DNA of 64,000 nt from Phoronis australis (GCA_002633005.1 NMRA01000001.1:4566694-4630693); one strand, 5' to 3'. Counted from the stretch's first letter, positions 49,995 through 63,247 are shown. Numbers and translations: made by a program. Notes: generated from the letters alone by a model not told the origin.

Positions 49995-51052
49995 GGAATG
50001 GTTTTCTTTTGATTCGCTTATTATGTCTTTAAAGTGTTGCAGCAAAATTTGGGAGATGTCGGAATCCGTCCAACCACTTTGAGAGGCACATTATGTCTTG
50101 ACATGGAGCGTTATTCTTTTTACGTTTCATTTATTCTCTTTCTTAGAAAGAAATTCAAGGGTGGTCAACAGCCCTCAGCTACGTTACAAGCACAGACAAA
50201 CGTAACGAGGACCTCTCTTTGTCCGCTTGTCATTTTGCCTGCACTTCGCAAGCCCTTGCTAACGAGAAATTTCTTTGGCTTTTGAACGGTTGCCAGTCCC
50301 GTTTCGTCCGTGTTCAGAATATGGGAAGGGGGTAATCATGACTCCCAATGCACCCACTGCACATCAAGTTAAAAAAGTTGGTGTCCTGCTCCTGCTGTGC
50401 GGTGTTCTCAAGGTGAGATTGTATCTGCACAAGAAGCCTTGTACCCAGTCAATCCCAGCTTTTTTGGTTCTCTTGTTGAACAGATGCATTACATTAGAGC
50501 GGGTAGCAGCACCAAAAGCGCTTTGGGTTTTTTCATTAACAGCTTTTGAAGCATTTGATTACGAGTCTTCATCATATTGTCCGACTTTCTTTTTGTACTT
50601 CGTAACCATATATATCTAAAATGCTTGTATAAATTTATTTCATGCTGGGGTAAAACGTCTAAGTTGATGGGGCAAATAGTCCAGGCGTTTTGCCCCAATA
50701 CATCTGTAGGCTTCTTGCCCCAGAACCTCACCCTAGATTTTTTAGAATAACAACTATAGAAGGAGAGATAATTTCTTAATGCTGCCAAAGTTTAGGAATT
50801 GATACTCGTGCTTCACAACAAAAATCGACAAAAGTTTTAATCGATGCATGCGCATTCGAAAAGAAATTGAAACAAAACAAACTTACTTATTGTTTCGGTT
50901 AGAGCTCTTGAAACTTGAGCATACATAAGACAGTGAGAGGGAAACGAGTGCAATAAAAGGTCACGTGACCAATCCCACGCGCGTGATACGGATTTTACGT
51001 TGTGGGGTGGGGGTTGAACCCCACTGGGCGTTCTTGCCCCACGTTACTCTTA
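49995..51052 (-). mobile_element. Decayed pogo/Tigger-group (DDE_1) DNA transposon, 5' part
   Basis: Start at 50609: MVTKYKKK..QYDEDS*SNASKAV; then KAGIDWVQGFLCRYNLTLRTP; ITPSHILNTDETGLATVQKPKK...KGLRSAGKMTSGQREVLVTFVCACN..G.*PP..F.RKR; GWTDSDI...LQHF. Contains stops and frameshifts. TGGGGCAAGAA-like terminal/subterminal motifs at about 51040, 50720 and 50697. Confidence 0.85.
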
Positions 51053-53087
51053 TTGATTTAAATCATAAGATGGTTCTTTTTGGTGCAAGACGGGTTTATT
51101 GCCGTTTTAACAGTTGCAATAGTTTCGACCTCTGCATTGGATTCTAAAGTGAAACTTGCTTGAAGTGCTTACTTCAAGCCTAACCTTTTTGTCAAATTTA
51201 CTAACTATGCCTGTATTAACGGCTCTCTTCTCCAACAGACACAGGCAACTACCGTGATATCTTGCTTCCACATTCTGAAACTTAAGATGCTCCGTTTTCT
51301 CCTGCTTTTCCCATGCCGCGTCTTCTGTTGTTGGCCTCCAGTGTACACTGAATGAAGTCTCTGCAGAACGTAAGGAGTTGTTAAAATATTTCCTTTTGAC
51401 TTGATACTCTCTCTATATTTATCCTCTAATTTTGACCTTTTTAGTCTGCAATTTATGTCAGATTATGTTGTGATTATGTTACTTGTTGAGAAATTATATC
51501 TCGGATAGATCGAGATTTGACTATTTTTGCTATGTATTCTTCAATTTCGATGTGTTTATAAAATCTATTTCTCGTTGTGAATTTCTTTGTTTAAGAAATG
51601 TTTTCTCTAGATAAATTTGACTTGGAATTAAACGTTTTAAAGTCATTTTACACGTTGATAGTTTTGTTTCCTCAAAGAAATGTGCTAAAGGTTACGTTGG
51701 ACCTTATCGACAAGTTCGTGTAATCGCCAAATATCTACAAAACTGTAGCTCTGTAAAAGTGTTAATTTCCTGTAGAATTGTATTGACTTTTTGCCAACCT
51801 GTCATTATTTGGTCACATGATTTAACAGTTTTACGTTGTTGAATATCCGAGCATTTGAAATAGTGAAGGATGGGAAGAATTTGCATCTCATTCCAGTAAA
51901 TCTGGGACAAGAAGAGTTGCGTTGATCAGGTGCTTCCCGTTGGTCGCACTTGCCACGGATTGTTACTAGACGATCGAAGGGTAGCCTACATTTATCCGGA
52001 CACTCCAGAACCGGACACTTTCAAAAGGTTCACCCACTTGGAATTTCAAATGTTTTTTCTCGTTTTTTTTCAGAATCAAGCATTATTTGAAAGCTCCAAC
52101 GTTCCTTAACGAGCCAGTGTCCGACATGTTTGACCTAATTTTGATTTTGTATAGCCAAGTCTGAAAAAAGAGGGCGCTAAAATCAAAACAATTCGGTACC
52201 GTCTTTCTTTGGTTACTGAAAAGACGCTTCAATTCTAATCATTTTAATAAAAGTAATGACACAGATTGTATTTTAATGACAATATAAAACTTCATAAATG
52301 AAATTCGTTATTTGGATGTTAGTTCCTGGTCACTTCTGAAATTCAATGAATTTTTAAAGAACAACGTTGTTAAATTTACTGCAATTGACAAAAAAAATTA
52401 ATGAAAATCTTCAACATTGTCATTGTCAACATTCGTTGATGTTCGGTTAAATTCGGTGATGTTTACCAAATCCTACAAAAAGCATTATGGTGGAGTGCCG
52501 GGTTCGGATCAAGCATCTGTCTCAGATTCTGCGAAAATGCCTCGTTTTGTTATAAATACAGAAGTTCCAGATTCCAATTTCCAAGTGCCATTTGTAAGTA
52601 AGGAGTAAGGTATGCTCGTGTCCATGGAGATAAAAACAACTACACATTTCCATTTCTCCTAACATTTTTTCATAAATGTCCCAAAAGTGTCTGGATGAGG
52701 AAATAACCGCTGAGCTGATTATAAACGAGCAATAATTAAGGATTTGGAGATACAGTATATAGTGTCACATAGCGAGTGGCTGTTAAGGCAGAATATGGAT
52801 TTACTTAAGTTACCGAAACTGGTGCACGGTGACGTAACGCGTCATTTACGTGAACAAAGAACTGGCATTTCAAGCTCTGTTTATCAAAATTCCTAACTTC
52901 TGTTCAGAACCTTCTGATTAAAAAGCTGCTGTTAACGATATTAACCCGATTTCTGTCAAAGAAACGGAGTTTTGATTTAAACCACTAGAAAACTGGTCTG
53001 AAAAATTATTTTGACTTCGCCACGGGCTTATAGCATTGCACTGGAATTGAATTAAATCAACTGCATGTATAATTATGTTTCAGTGCC

Positions 53088-53498
53088 CATGAAACAATCC
53101 CAGATAGGGACTTAAGTAAGTTTCTTAAATCCACTGCGAATTTGTGGTCTTGTGAAAACGCCGATTGTCCTTTCTTGTGCTGTTTTGGATTTATTATTAA
53201 GTCAACTTTTGTCTTTGATACAAATCGTGAGTGAACTTGACGTTGAATTCTCAATACCCGGTATTAACAAAAGTAAATAGGGATATTTTCGTGTAACGCC
53301 CCTAATTTAAGTCCCTAATTGTTATGATTCAGTTAAGGACTAAGTTTTTAGTTATATTATTAGAAAATGTCACTTGTCAATAAGGAGCTCATAACAAAGA
53401 TGAAATGATAGAAAAATGTAACATCTGTGAGTAAAGAACGAAACTTATGCGCAAAGATTTAGGAACTTAGTTGAGTCCCTATTTGGGACTGTTTCATG
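53088..53498. mobile_element. MITE with ~50-bp imperfect TIRs (superfamily uncertain, possibly PIF/Harbinger)
   Basis: CATGAAACAATCCCAGATAGGGACTTAAGTAAGTTTCTTAAATC pairs with GATTTAGGAACTTAGTTGAGTCCCTATTTGGGACTGTTTCATG. Confidence 0.75.
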
Positions 53499-53869
53499 CA
53501 TCCAGGCACATATCTCTGAAAGATGAACCGTCATTAAATCTTAATTTGGTATAACTTGGTTTCGCATCGAAGTCGCTGGATGTCATTCAGCGATATGTCT
53601 CATATGGATTACAATAAATCATTGAGTTCCGCTTTTTTAACATCCATTATGCATTTCACTTAGCCTATTTGATTTTTTCTGCTGTGAGTTATATTTGTTC
53701 TCAATTTATCTTTGATGTCTTCATGTCGTGTAAAAATAATTCCGTTTTTAATGTATTCATTTATTTTTCTCCAAATTCTTTTACACGACACACTCAAAAG
53801 ATACAAGTGTTGAGTAACAACTCCAAAGTAATGGGAGTTATACATGAACTTTACAAGGTTGCTAGACAA

Positions 53870-54035
53870 AATGACCGTTGTTTCCAAAATCTATTCAATT
53901 CTGCTTATTTGGTGCTTTTAGCAGGTGTTAAATTCTTGTTCAAGAATTATAAGAAAAGGCCAAATATTTGGTTCCTGATTTTTTGTTCTGCTATTATAAA
54001 TGAATTGCTTGAATTGTAAAAGAATCCAGTTCAAT
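53870..54035 (-). mobile_element. Possible 3' fragment of an L1/Tx1-like LINE ORF2
   Basis: Minus strand NWILLQFKQFIYNSRTKNQEPNIWPFLIILEQEF resembles the N.ILL..K.FIY..R....P motif at the end of Tx1-like ORF2; short and decayed. Confidence 0.4.
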
Positions 54036-55965
54036 ATGGTGTTGTAGAGGGAGATGAAATAACATAGTGTCCTTACTCAAAGCTAAATGGAGATTTTTTG
54101 TTTAGTAACCAGCACCGTAAATTAATTGGCATCGCGAGTTAATTAGTTCACTAATTAGCTAATTAACCAGCCAATTAGTACATGAGGGGTTCCATTATTG
54201 CACTCGTTATTTTCTCATTTTTGGTAACATTTTTGGTTATTAGAATTAAAAATATTTTTAAACCTGTCTAATATGCAAAGTAGTAATTATTTATTTCATG
54301 AATTAAAGTATCATACTACATCAAGAGCTCATGAAGGTCTTTTAAAAGATATGGGTCTTATGCAATTCGGTTGAAAAACGGCGAAGTAAAAACTTTTAGT
54401 GACAGTAAAGAAGGTATTATTATTTGTCCTTGTAACATGATTTTGGTATCGTATTAGATATGTGGATATATTTTAAGGAAAATTTGGGAATTACTGAAAC
54501 TGGCCTAGATGGCTTTACGTTACGCCTACCATCTAGGCAGAGGCACTTCCCACGGTCGGCTACCCGAGTCAACGGATCACAAGCAGATGATACTCTATTT
54601 AACAATGTTTGTGTCTATTAGACGGCAAAATATTCCAAAAATATAGATGAAATTTGTTCGGATGAAGTTTTCAATGATAAATGTTCTAAACATACTTCGC
54701 TTGTACTAAACAGAAATTCCACCCTATTCCATAGCAAGAAACAACACCGGAAGTGGAAGAAACAATGTAAACAACACCCAAACATGTGTGGAGCAACGTC
54801 AGTGTGATCGAAGTTGGCATTCCAGTCATGAAGTTCTATGGTTTAAGCTACCCCTGGATTGCGTCTCATATCAAATATGAACCGTATTTGGTTTCCAACA
54901 TAATTCTGAAAATACGCAAAAACTCAGTTTCATGCTATGAACAGCCACGTGTTCGAGTACTCTTTTGACAATCGTAAGCAGACGAACACTGGAAACTTCA
55001 ACGCTAGATGTCGCGCGACCTCGCAGAAGCAAATGATAGTTAACGACTTTAGGGCACTGCCGTCTTCAGGGCCTCGGATGACAGCCTTGAGATTAGACCC
55101 CGGGTTCTGATGTCGGGAAATGAATTTTTTGGGACTATTTGGAATAGCAAAATTACATGGAGGCATGGCACAAACGAGTGTATATTTTTCACGCTCTCAT
55201 ACGAGGTGTAAACCTCATGTGGGGTTGAATGACTACTGCCATGATAGGATCTATTGGTTAAGTAAAGCTGTGTGCGTTTCAGTTTCTCAGCGAAATACGT
55301 GTGCACATTATGTTCGCTAAGAATGACCGCTTACTTGAGAGATTCGTTCATTAATGTGACGACTCGACATGTTGTGACGCAGTAGAGGAAGCGGTAGCGT
55401 TGTTCTACCAGGAAGGAAGAGAACCGACTCGCATTACACGCGTGTCCTGTTAGGTTATCCAATTTGTAAATCTGGTTCAACAGGACGGAACTACATACTC
55501 ATAAGCCAGAAATGCCCGGCAAAACCAAATACGTGTGATTACACCACTTCCTCGAGTAATTGCGCCTTTCGCTCAGCAACTGTAGTGATTTCTCACACTC
55601 CAAACTTTTCGAGAACATTCTCGCGTGCAGGACTAGTGTTGATTAGACATTTTAAAGAGGCATGGATTGATCGCGAAAACTCCCTAGAAAACCAGGCCTA
55701 ATACCTTTTGAACAGATCACGGCGAATCTGCTTCTCGGTGATGCTAACGTGAAAGTTATTCATTCTGAATAGGGTAAAATTTTCTACAAAAGTCGTCCGA
55801 TTCACTATTTTTGAAGCGCAGACGAAATGAAAACTTCCATCCCAATACAGATTTTAATTCTCCGCATCTAATAACATATTTGCGCGCATGCGCTCAAAGA
55901 AGTCGGACTGGCTGCTGAATGAAATCGCCATTGTTTTGTTTCCATTAAAGGTAAAAGGTCACGTT

Positions 55966-56124
55966 CAGAGTGTGGATCCAGAATTTTAAGTTAAGAGGAC
56001 CAGGGCAGAGTATTAGCCAGGATTTTGCCCGTCAGACATTCGCACCCCCGAACTGCCAAATGGAATCCGGGAGAATTTTAGGGTCGGGGAAGGGGGGTGG
56101 GGGGCATGGCCTCCTTGGCCACTG
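55966..56124 (-). mobile_element. Non-autonomous CAGTGGCGGA-family element, reverse orientation (flanks ACGTT/ACATT)
   Basis: Reverse complement of the 19100 copy (ATTAGCCAGGATTTTGCCCGTCAGACATTCGCACCCCCGAA). Confidence 0.85.
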
Positions 56125-56761
56125 ACATTTCTCCATAATTGTAAGGAAAATGTGTTACGTCTTGGTCTTGCCATACCAAAGAGAGGTGGTCTGTCGTGTG
56201 GGAGAAAATCCGACAAAGTAACGAGCAATTGACAGACATTTTTTTTTGAAATTTGAAACTAAATAAAAATACTTTGGCATCAATAGAAATTCAAAATCTT
56301 TACGAACAAACCGGAAAAATTCCTGGTGAACAGTTTGACCTCTGTTTCACTGGCACCACTTTGAATAATTCAATTTATTCTGTTTTTCACGTTTTATGTT
56401 GTCTAACGGTTCCAATCCGGGATTCCTACTATTTTTGCCAGCTCGTCGGGCGTGGAGTGTTCAGTCACTTAACCTAAATGTACAAATGAAAGAACGGATC
56501 TGAAACTTGAACATATGTGATACTGGATTGCAGTGCTGATTGTTTATCGAAATATGTTGGTTTTCAGAATTTGCGAGACAAGGCATAGTTTTGGCCTTAC
56601 GACGTGAAATGCAGTTCCGTTTTCTGTCAGTTGAGAACCAGTGGGTGGTAGACTGGACAGACCTTCTCATCAGAAGTTGAAACCGTTTCGCCATGGTTCA
56701 TTTTGGAGACCGCGTCATGTCGCTTCAAGCACAAGCTACAACTCTCTATTTGCTCCACTAC

Positions 56762-57072
56762 AGGGTGTTTTACCGAAACAGAAACACCAATGTAAAACAG
56801 ATATCTTGGAGTCGAAAACAGACTCCTGAACCTTCAAAACAGCTAACCAACTCGAAAAGCACGAACCCCGACCTTTAAAACAGGAACCCCGGGGATCGGA
56901 AAGGAAACCCGGGGACCGAAAAAAATTGCCGGGGTTTCCTGTCCATTCCCCAGGGTTCCTGTTTTAAAGGTCGGGTTTCTTGTTTTTTCTGGCTGATTAA
57001 CTGTTTTGAAGGTGCGGGAGTCTGTTTGCTATTCCGGGATATCTGTTTTACACCGGGGTCGATGGAACACCC
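56762..57072. mobile_element. Foldback element, ~300-bp imperfect palindrome
   Basis: TGTAAAACAGATATC...CCTTCAAAACAG...CCCGACCTTTAAAACAGGAACCC mirrored by GGGTTCCTGTTTTAAAGGTCGGG...CTGTTTTGAAGG...GATATCTGTTTTACA; outer ends AGGGTGTT/AACACCCT. Confidence 0.85.
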
Positions 57073-58041
57073 TTCACTAATTTAATATCAGGTGCGCGTG
57101 CAAACATGTAAAACAGCTTTTATAGCGCGTGTTTCAGTATGACGTTTGTGACCTGTTCCATGAAATGTTGATGTAGAATTAGATCGAAACGTTGCCATCT
57201 TTAGTTGCACGAGTATCATGTATCCGGGATGAACGGCTACAATTGTATACAATGCAAACAGGTTTCCCTCATATCATGATGTTACAAGCTCACTGTCTGG
57301 TCATTGACTTATAGGAACACACACCGAATTGGGGACAAAAAAGCTGGTTGATTGAAACGTGTACAGATGTAAGCGTAACTTTCTATTTGTGTGCTGTTCG
57401 AATAAGATGTAACTGGCATGATTTGTGAAAGGCCTGGTCACCTAAGTATTCAATAGTCGCATACAAACTTGGCGCTACCAAGTCTCTTGCACAAATTGTA
57501 GTTATTCTATCTTTCCGTCACATTCACGGAAAGGGAGTTGTGACAACTGGTCCAGCACCATTCTATCTGAAAATTTTTGTCTCGTCTTCGCGTCTGTCCA
57601 CAATTTTTAGCCACTAGGAGGCAGAGTACACACTGAAGAAACTCATTTAGTTTGTCAATTTTTACGACTACAATTGAAGTTCCTCTGGCTACTTAAAAAC
57701 AGAAAATACATCGAACCGGCAGTTCTCAGTAAAAGCCACAACTCGCATGTGATTACCACGAACTCGTAGACAGTGCAACCTGACTGCCAAAACTTCAGAT
57801 TATAGAAATCCGGTGAAAAGTGGGTGTCGACCAGCTAGATTGTTTTACATATCCAAAGGGTCTGGAAGACAACTGTATTTCCAGTTAAATTCAATTTCCA
57901 CCTTGCAAGCAGTTAAAGGCTTAATAAAAGCCACGACTGAATAAAAATGGGTCAGTGGTCAAGACCAGAACAGACCCATTTTATCAAGCAAATGCACTTC
58001 GTCAATTTTTAATAAAATTGGAGAAGATAATGACTGAACCA

Positions 58042-58456
58042 TAGATAGTGCCACCGTCTCTACTGTTACTTAGAGACGGCGATGCTCCCATAAAGCCTTC
58101 ATACGCCGGAAGCTTTTCGACGAATTATGCCTCACACAGGTAGAAGTTAAGCGCATAGAGGGAGACGTTAAGAGGCCGTCGATATGTCTTTGATTCCTTC
58201 CAACTCGAACAAATATTCCCGTAATAAAACTTTTTTCGAGCAGTCATTCGTTCAGTTGCCCAAAATCTGCAACCGGCCATTTTTACACTACGGTACACGC
58301 GCCGGGGATATGACGCAGGCAAAAGGTACTTATAGCAACGTGACTTTGATGGTTTAATCAGTGTGAGGCGTAATTCGTCGAAAAGCTTCCGGCGAATGAA
58401 GGTCCTATGGCAGCAGCATCGTCTCTGCTGCTAATTAGAGACGGTGGCACTGTCTA
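58042..58456. mobile_element. MITE with ~95-bp imperfect TIRs
   Basis: TAGATAGTGCCACCGTCTCT...CGCCGGAAGCTTTTCGACGAATTATGCCTCACAC pairs with GTGTGAGGCGTAATTCGTCGAAAAGCTTCCGGCG...AGAGACGGTGGCACTGTCTA. Confidence 0.88.
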
Positions 58457-60041
58457 CTCCATATTTATACCACATGAGGTATTTTTAAAGGAACACGACG
58501 TGGCATCTTGTAACATCGAACATCAAGGAATGCGACCATTATCCGTTTTTGATAACTTCCCTTGCTTCCCTGTCTCATAAATTGTGTCTTTGCCGAACTA
58601 GTTTGTTGTTTGGCAGTTCTAGGTGAGTTAAGTCGTGGACGAGACAGTCTCGCCATCTTATGACAGAAGGCAACTTGACTGCAGCGGAACGTGCAGTAGC
58701 CACTATCGTCAGTCCAATCCGGCTAACTTTTCTTACGGCAGCTTTGCTAAGATTACATGAAAATCGTTGATATCTTTTGGACGTGGCATGTGTGTCTTTA
58801 ATGAGAAACTGGTTATTGTCTTGCCCCTACTAGTAGGCGTAAACAGCTGAATGTGACCGACATTGATCAACTTATACTGAGGTAGAAATCTTAGCTGAAC
58901 CGGCAGCTGAAAGTGTTGCTCGCATGATTAATATAATTAGTTATTTCAACTCTTCTAATGTCTACCAAATCCACCCCGCTGTCATTGAGATATTATGACT
59001 TATCAAATGAGGGCATCTCAAAATACTCAACTTTACAAGCTATGGTAACTTTCATTTTCGAAGTTTATCATCAATTAATTTGCGGATGTGCACATTCAAG
59101 ACTGTGTTTCTTTCGAGTAATTTTTTGTTTGAACAAGATCTAATTGCAGGTTTCAGTTTAGGGTAACTCGAAATTTGAATAACGGCCTTTACAATGTTTG
59201 GTTAATTTATTATTAAGAAATACAATTTTTTTTAATGTTTATTACGAAATCTTCAGAATACAATGAATATACATAACCCAGAAAGCGCCAAGAGGCATTA
59301 GATACAATGAAACTGTTTAGTTCGCTTAGAACAGCTTATAAAGCGAAATTAGTCACTTATTATGACGATTATTTGCTGAAATGAAAACGTGACCACTCTC
59401 TGTTAAAATGACATCTTGTACTTATTTCATCGTTGTTGTCTCACATATTCATGCATAGCGTTAGTTTACTTTATGGGCTTCAAAGTCATATTGTGTTTAT
59501 TCCTGTTACTCATCCGTCGAGTCGTCACAACTCTCAGTTTTGTTACTGGTCTAATTACGTAAAATTTTGTTTCTTAATTAGCTAGTTTTATGGCATTTAA
59601 ATTGCCACGACAATTAGCTCATGTAAACAGCACTGATGCCTGTCGTTGGATGTCTTCAACCAACAGCTTTAAGGAACATAAAAGGTTTTATGGCCGAAAC
59701 ACGTATTTTGGAATTATTGTTGAGTGAAGTTGACTTCTTGAAATTATTAGGTTTGACCAAGGATATAAAACAATAAAATCTATTGTGCTTTTGGGATTTT
59801 ATTACTAATCACAATTCTTGCCATTTTTGTGTGCTGTTTGTTGGAATTAAGGTCGGTGGCTTCATCAGATGAATGCTCTTAAATTGCCCAGTCATTTATT
59901 GAGACGGTTTTGCTTCGTCAGTAAACATGGCTTGAGGGGGAGGGGGGCTATAGCCCCACTTTTTCAGTGCTGCGACAACCATGTTCTATGAGCGGTGCAC
60001 CACAGGGCGACAGGGGCTGCAGCCCCCTTTTTTCAGTGCTG

Positions 60042-60178
60042 CGCCGCCAATGGTAAAGGGCTCGATTGCGACCGCTGAGGTTATGGGTTCTATCTCGCGT
60101 TGGAGCTGATCTCAGAAAACCACTTTTCTCGCTTATAGTGTCAGTATACTGCGGGGACGGAGCATGTTAAAACACAGG
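60042..60178 (+). mobile_element. Possible tRNA-derived SINE remnant
   Basis: A-box-like CAATGGTAAAGG and B-box-like GGGTTCTATCTC at tRNA-like spacing, followed by a non-tRNA tail; no clean cloverleaf. Confidence 0.4.
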
Positions 60179-63149
60179 GCTTCGCAAGAAGTTTGACGAA
60201 ATTTCCGTTTGATATATTGCCTGGAAATTCGAGCAGGATAATAGCGACTGTCAAATACTGACAGCTTCATCGTCTTTAATCAGCTCAATATACTTGACAA
60301 AATATGCATGAGGGCGTATAGGGCTCATGTATTTAAAGTGACGCGCACTTCTTTTTAATGTTCTTTTTTAGTTCTCTCTCAATGATGCCCTTTATAAATA
60401 TATATCCGGTGCTGACTCATTGTCCTAAAACTTGTGCACCACGTCGTGATGAGCTCTTGGCTTATACTGGCGCGGCAGTCGTCTGAACTTTTGCTATTAG
60501 CTATTCACGTAAATGATCTCGTCTTTTCGTTTTTCCACCAATTCAAGCCTTATGAGGGCTACCTGAAAACCAATTGAAAAATAAATCTCAGCACCAATCA
60601 ATCAAATTCTGCGCTTCTCCGGTTTCAACTAGAGGCGTTATCTCCCTTCGCGTGCTGAAAAAAATACGAACAACGATAAATTGTTCTCATCTTTCAAAAC
60701 AGTATAAAGCACGTCTGACTTGGTCAAAATAATTAATGACAAACTAGCAAGCAAATACTCCACTGACGCCAGATACAAGATGGCAAAACATACTTTTTCA
60801 GACACATTCAAAAACGCATAATAAAATCTTGCCTACAATAACATAAATAAGCTTCTCCCAAAAGCAGTCATTCTTGAACGGGACATTGTTCGCTGAAGCC
60901 TGCCTGTTTATCAAACAAATCTTATTGAAATCGTGCCATGAAAAGCAAATATAATAAAGAATTCGATTGAGATGGCTACGTTTAACTTTTATAAGAAAAA
61001 GACGAACAATGCCCGTGCTACGACTTAGTGTAGGAAATTATCATTTTGAAAACAGGATTGAATAGAACGAATGCCACGATTGTTGAGCTACACAAAAGGT
61101 GACAAAAGCCGCAGGGACTGGTGTATGGGATTGTATGATTTTGAATAGCTATTAACAAGTGTCTTAATATTTGTGGCAGGATCTGTGACGCCACAACAGA
61201 CTTATAAAAAATCATACGTTTTTTAATCAAATTTATATTTGTGGATTTTAAATTTTCTTATGTATCGTACTAATGAATCAAATGTTGTTCCTGATACTGG
61301 CGTTGCGTATCATTATTAGACAAGTGAACGTCTGCATATTACTATTTTTTCAGTTTGTCTGGTTTACTTTATTACATTTTATAAATAAAATTTGTTGCAA
61401 TAACATACATGTATACATGGTGAAAATGAATTCTAATTTTTCACTTGTTGCTACCAACGAAGTAGCTATAAACCTAATTCATTCAGATATCCCTTTAAAT
61501 GTTAAAGACTTATCGAACAGTAAAATGATTGATTATTCATTGATCCAAAGGAAAAGTGAATCACAGCAAACAAAGCAGGTTGGTATCGTGCTAAATTTGT
61601 TGTTTTTTTCTAGTTACCAACTGGTAGCTTTATGACAATGTTATATTTTAACCATTACGAAATTACTATAGAGCTGCAATTGAACACCGCTGTATTCAAC
61701 TTACATTTATTTTTTAATCAGGTGAATAAATAGCATTACTTTGTTCCTCTTACGCCTGCTGCCTAAACAAAACAAGAGTTTGTTCACTACCTGCAGATAC
61801 CACAGCTTGATGGGTTCGACAAAGCGCGTACGATTCACTATTTACATAGGCGTCAATCAACTTTCAAACTTTATTAAAATTCAACATTAACAAAGCCAGT
61901 TCAGGTGCAAGTCTACTTACAAACCTACTGTGGCGTGTCTTGGTTGTTGTGTGTGTTTTGACGGTTGAAAATGCACAACACAATCATAAGGCGGCCGACA
62001 GTTGTATTGTGAGTGAAACGGGTCGTTGAAGAGTGTAATCGTGAACGTCAGCGACACTTGTACGACATGACCGGTGGACAACATGAGGGCGATGGGCACT
62101 TACTGCGGAAGCGTATACGTGGAACAAGACGTTATCATCAATGAGGAACCAAGTTGTTGAAAAAAACAACAACAACAACTGTACAATCCCAGTTTTATTG
62201 AAAAGATTTATTGTAAACCATTGTTCGAATGTCACGCGACAACTATGACGAAAACAGATTCAACACTGAAACAACATGTCCCGCAGAGCAATGAGAGACG
62301 GGGAGATGAGAGAAGGCGGTAATTTAGAAATTATGGCGATGGAACTTAAGCAATATAACTAAATCCTGTCGAGCTTAAAAAGTCAAGAAAAACGTTCACA
62401 TTCCTCAACTGACCTGCCTCAGATTCTTGGGCGACAGACATAGTACACAATGTAAACTAACCGAGGCTTCAGGACAGAAAGTAAAACGTGCTACTAACCG
62501 GAAGGGCGCGGGCTGACAGATTACCATTTGTGTGCGAAAGTGGTTGTAAATAAAAATTAATATTTTATTATTTCTTTCCCGGATGTGCGTCAGTTTAGTT
62601 TTGAGTAATTAATTAGAAATAAGGTATTCCTTTCCACATCATTTTAGTCGAAAATCTTGAAATGACGAACTAAAACCAAGTCAGTTTAGCCCAATCTTAT
62701 TTCCAAACGATGCTCCTTCATCGTGTCGCCAAAGTTAAGATGGGGTAGGATTCATTTCTGGCTTACTATTAGTGTAACGACAAAATGAAAACCACAGCTG
62801 ACTGACACGGAAGTTCACTTTCTACTATCTCAAAAGCTGTTAACAAAAAAGCGCAAGCATGCATTCAGAGTTTTAATTACAACTTAATACGTTTTTGTGT
62901 TAGCACTGGCTTCTTGTTGACGAGACCACTTGTAGACAACTGAATAAAACAACGGAAATCGTATCTGTAAATTAAAATCTACATTTGTCTGCGAGTTATT
63001 ATTTACCATGGCGCAGCTAGCACGATTGTATATTTTGAGTCCCATAATAACAAAAGAATTGTTTCGATGTGAGAAAATTACGATGATAACATTACAGTAT
63101 CGTGTTAGGAGTCAGGCAAGACACGGCGCTGACTCGAGTTGCTGCCGAT

Positions 63150-63195
63150 CAGCCAATCAGCGTGCTCCGATCTTCCCATTCAATTTATATAGTAG
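63150..63195 (+). promoter_or_regulatory. Core promoter of Six4/5: CCAAT box and TATA-like box
   Basis: AGCCAATCAG near 63151-63160 and TTTATATA at 63184-63191, about 60 bp upstream of the ATG. Confidence 0.6.
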
Positions 63196-63247
63196 TAGCC
63201 CTCAACATGTTTAGTGGAGACCTGATCTTGTTACACTGAATACAAGC

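Noticed and set aside
60042-60110. tRNA gene
   Set aside because: Only degenerate A/B boxes and no acceptor-stem pairing; better explained as a SINE head.
61273-61635. 120-aa hydrophobic ORF
   Set aside because: AT-rich F/I/L/N composition typical of non-coding DNA; no motif or splice support.
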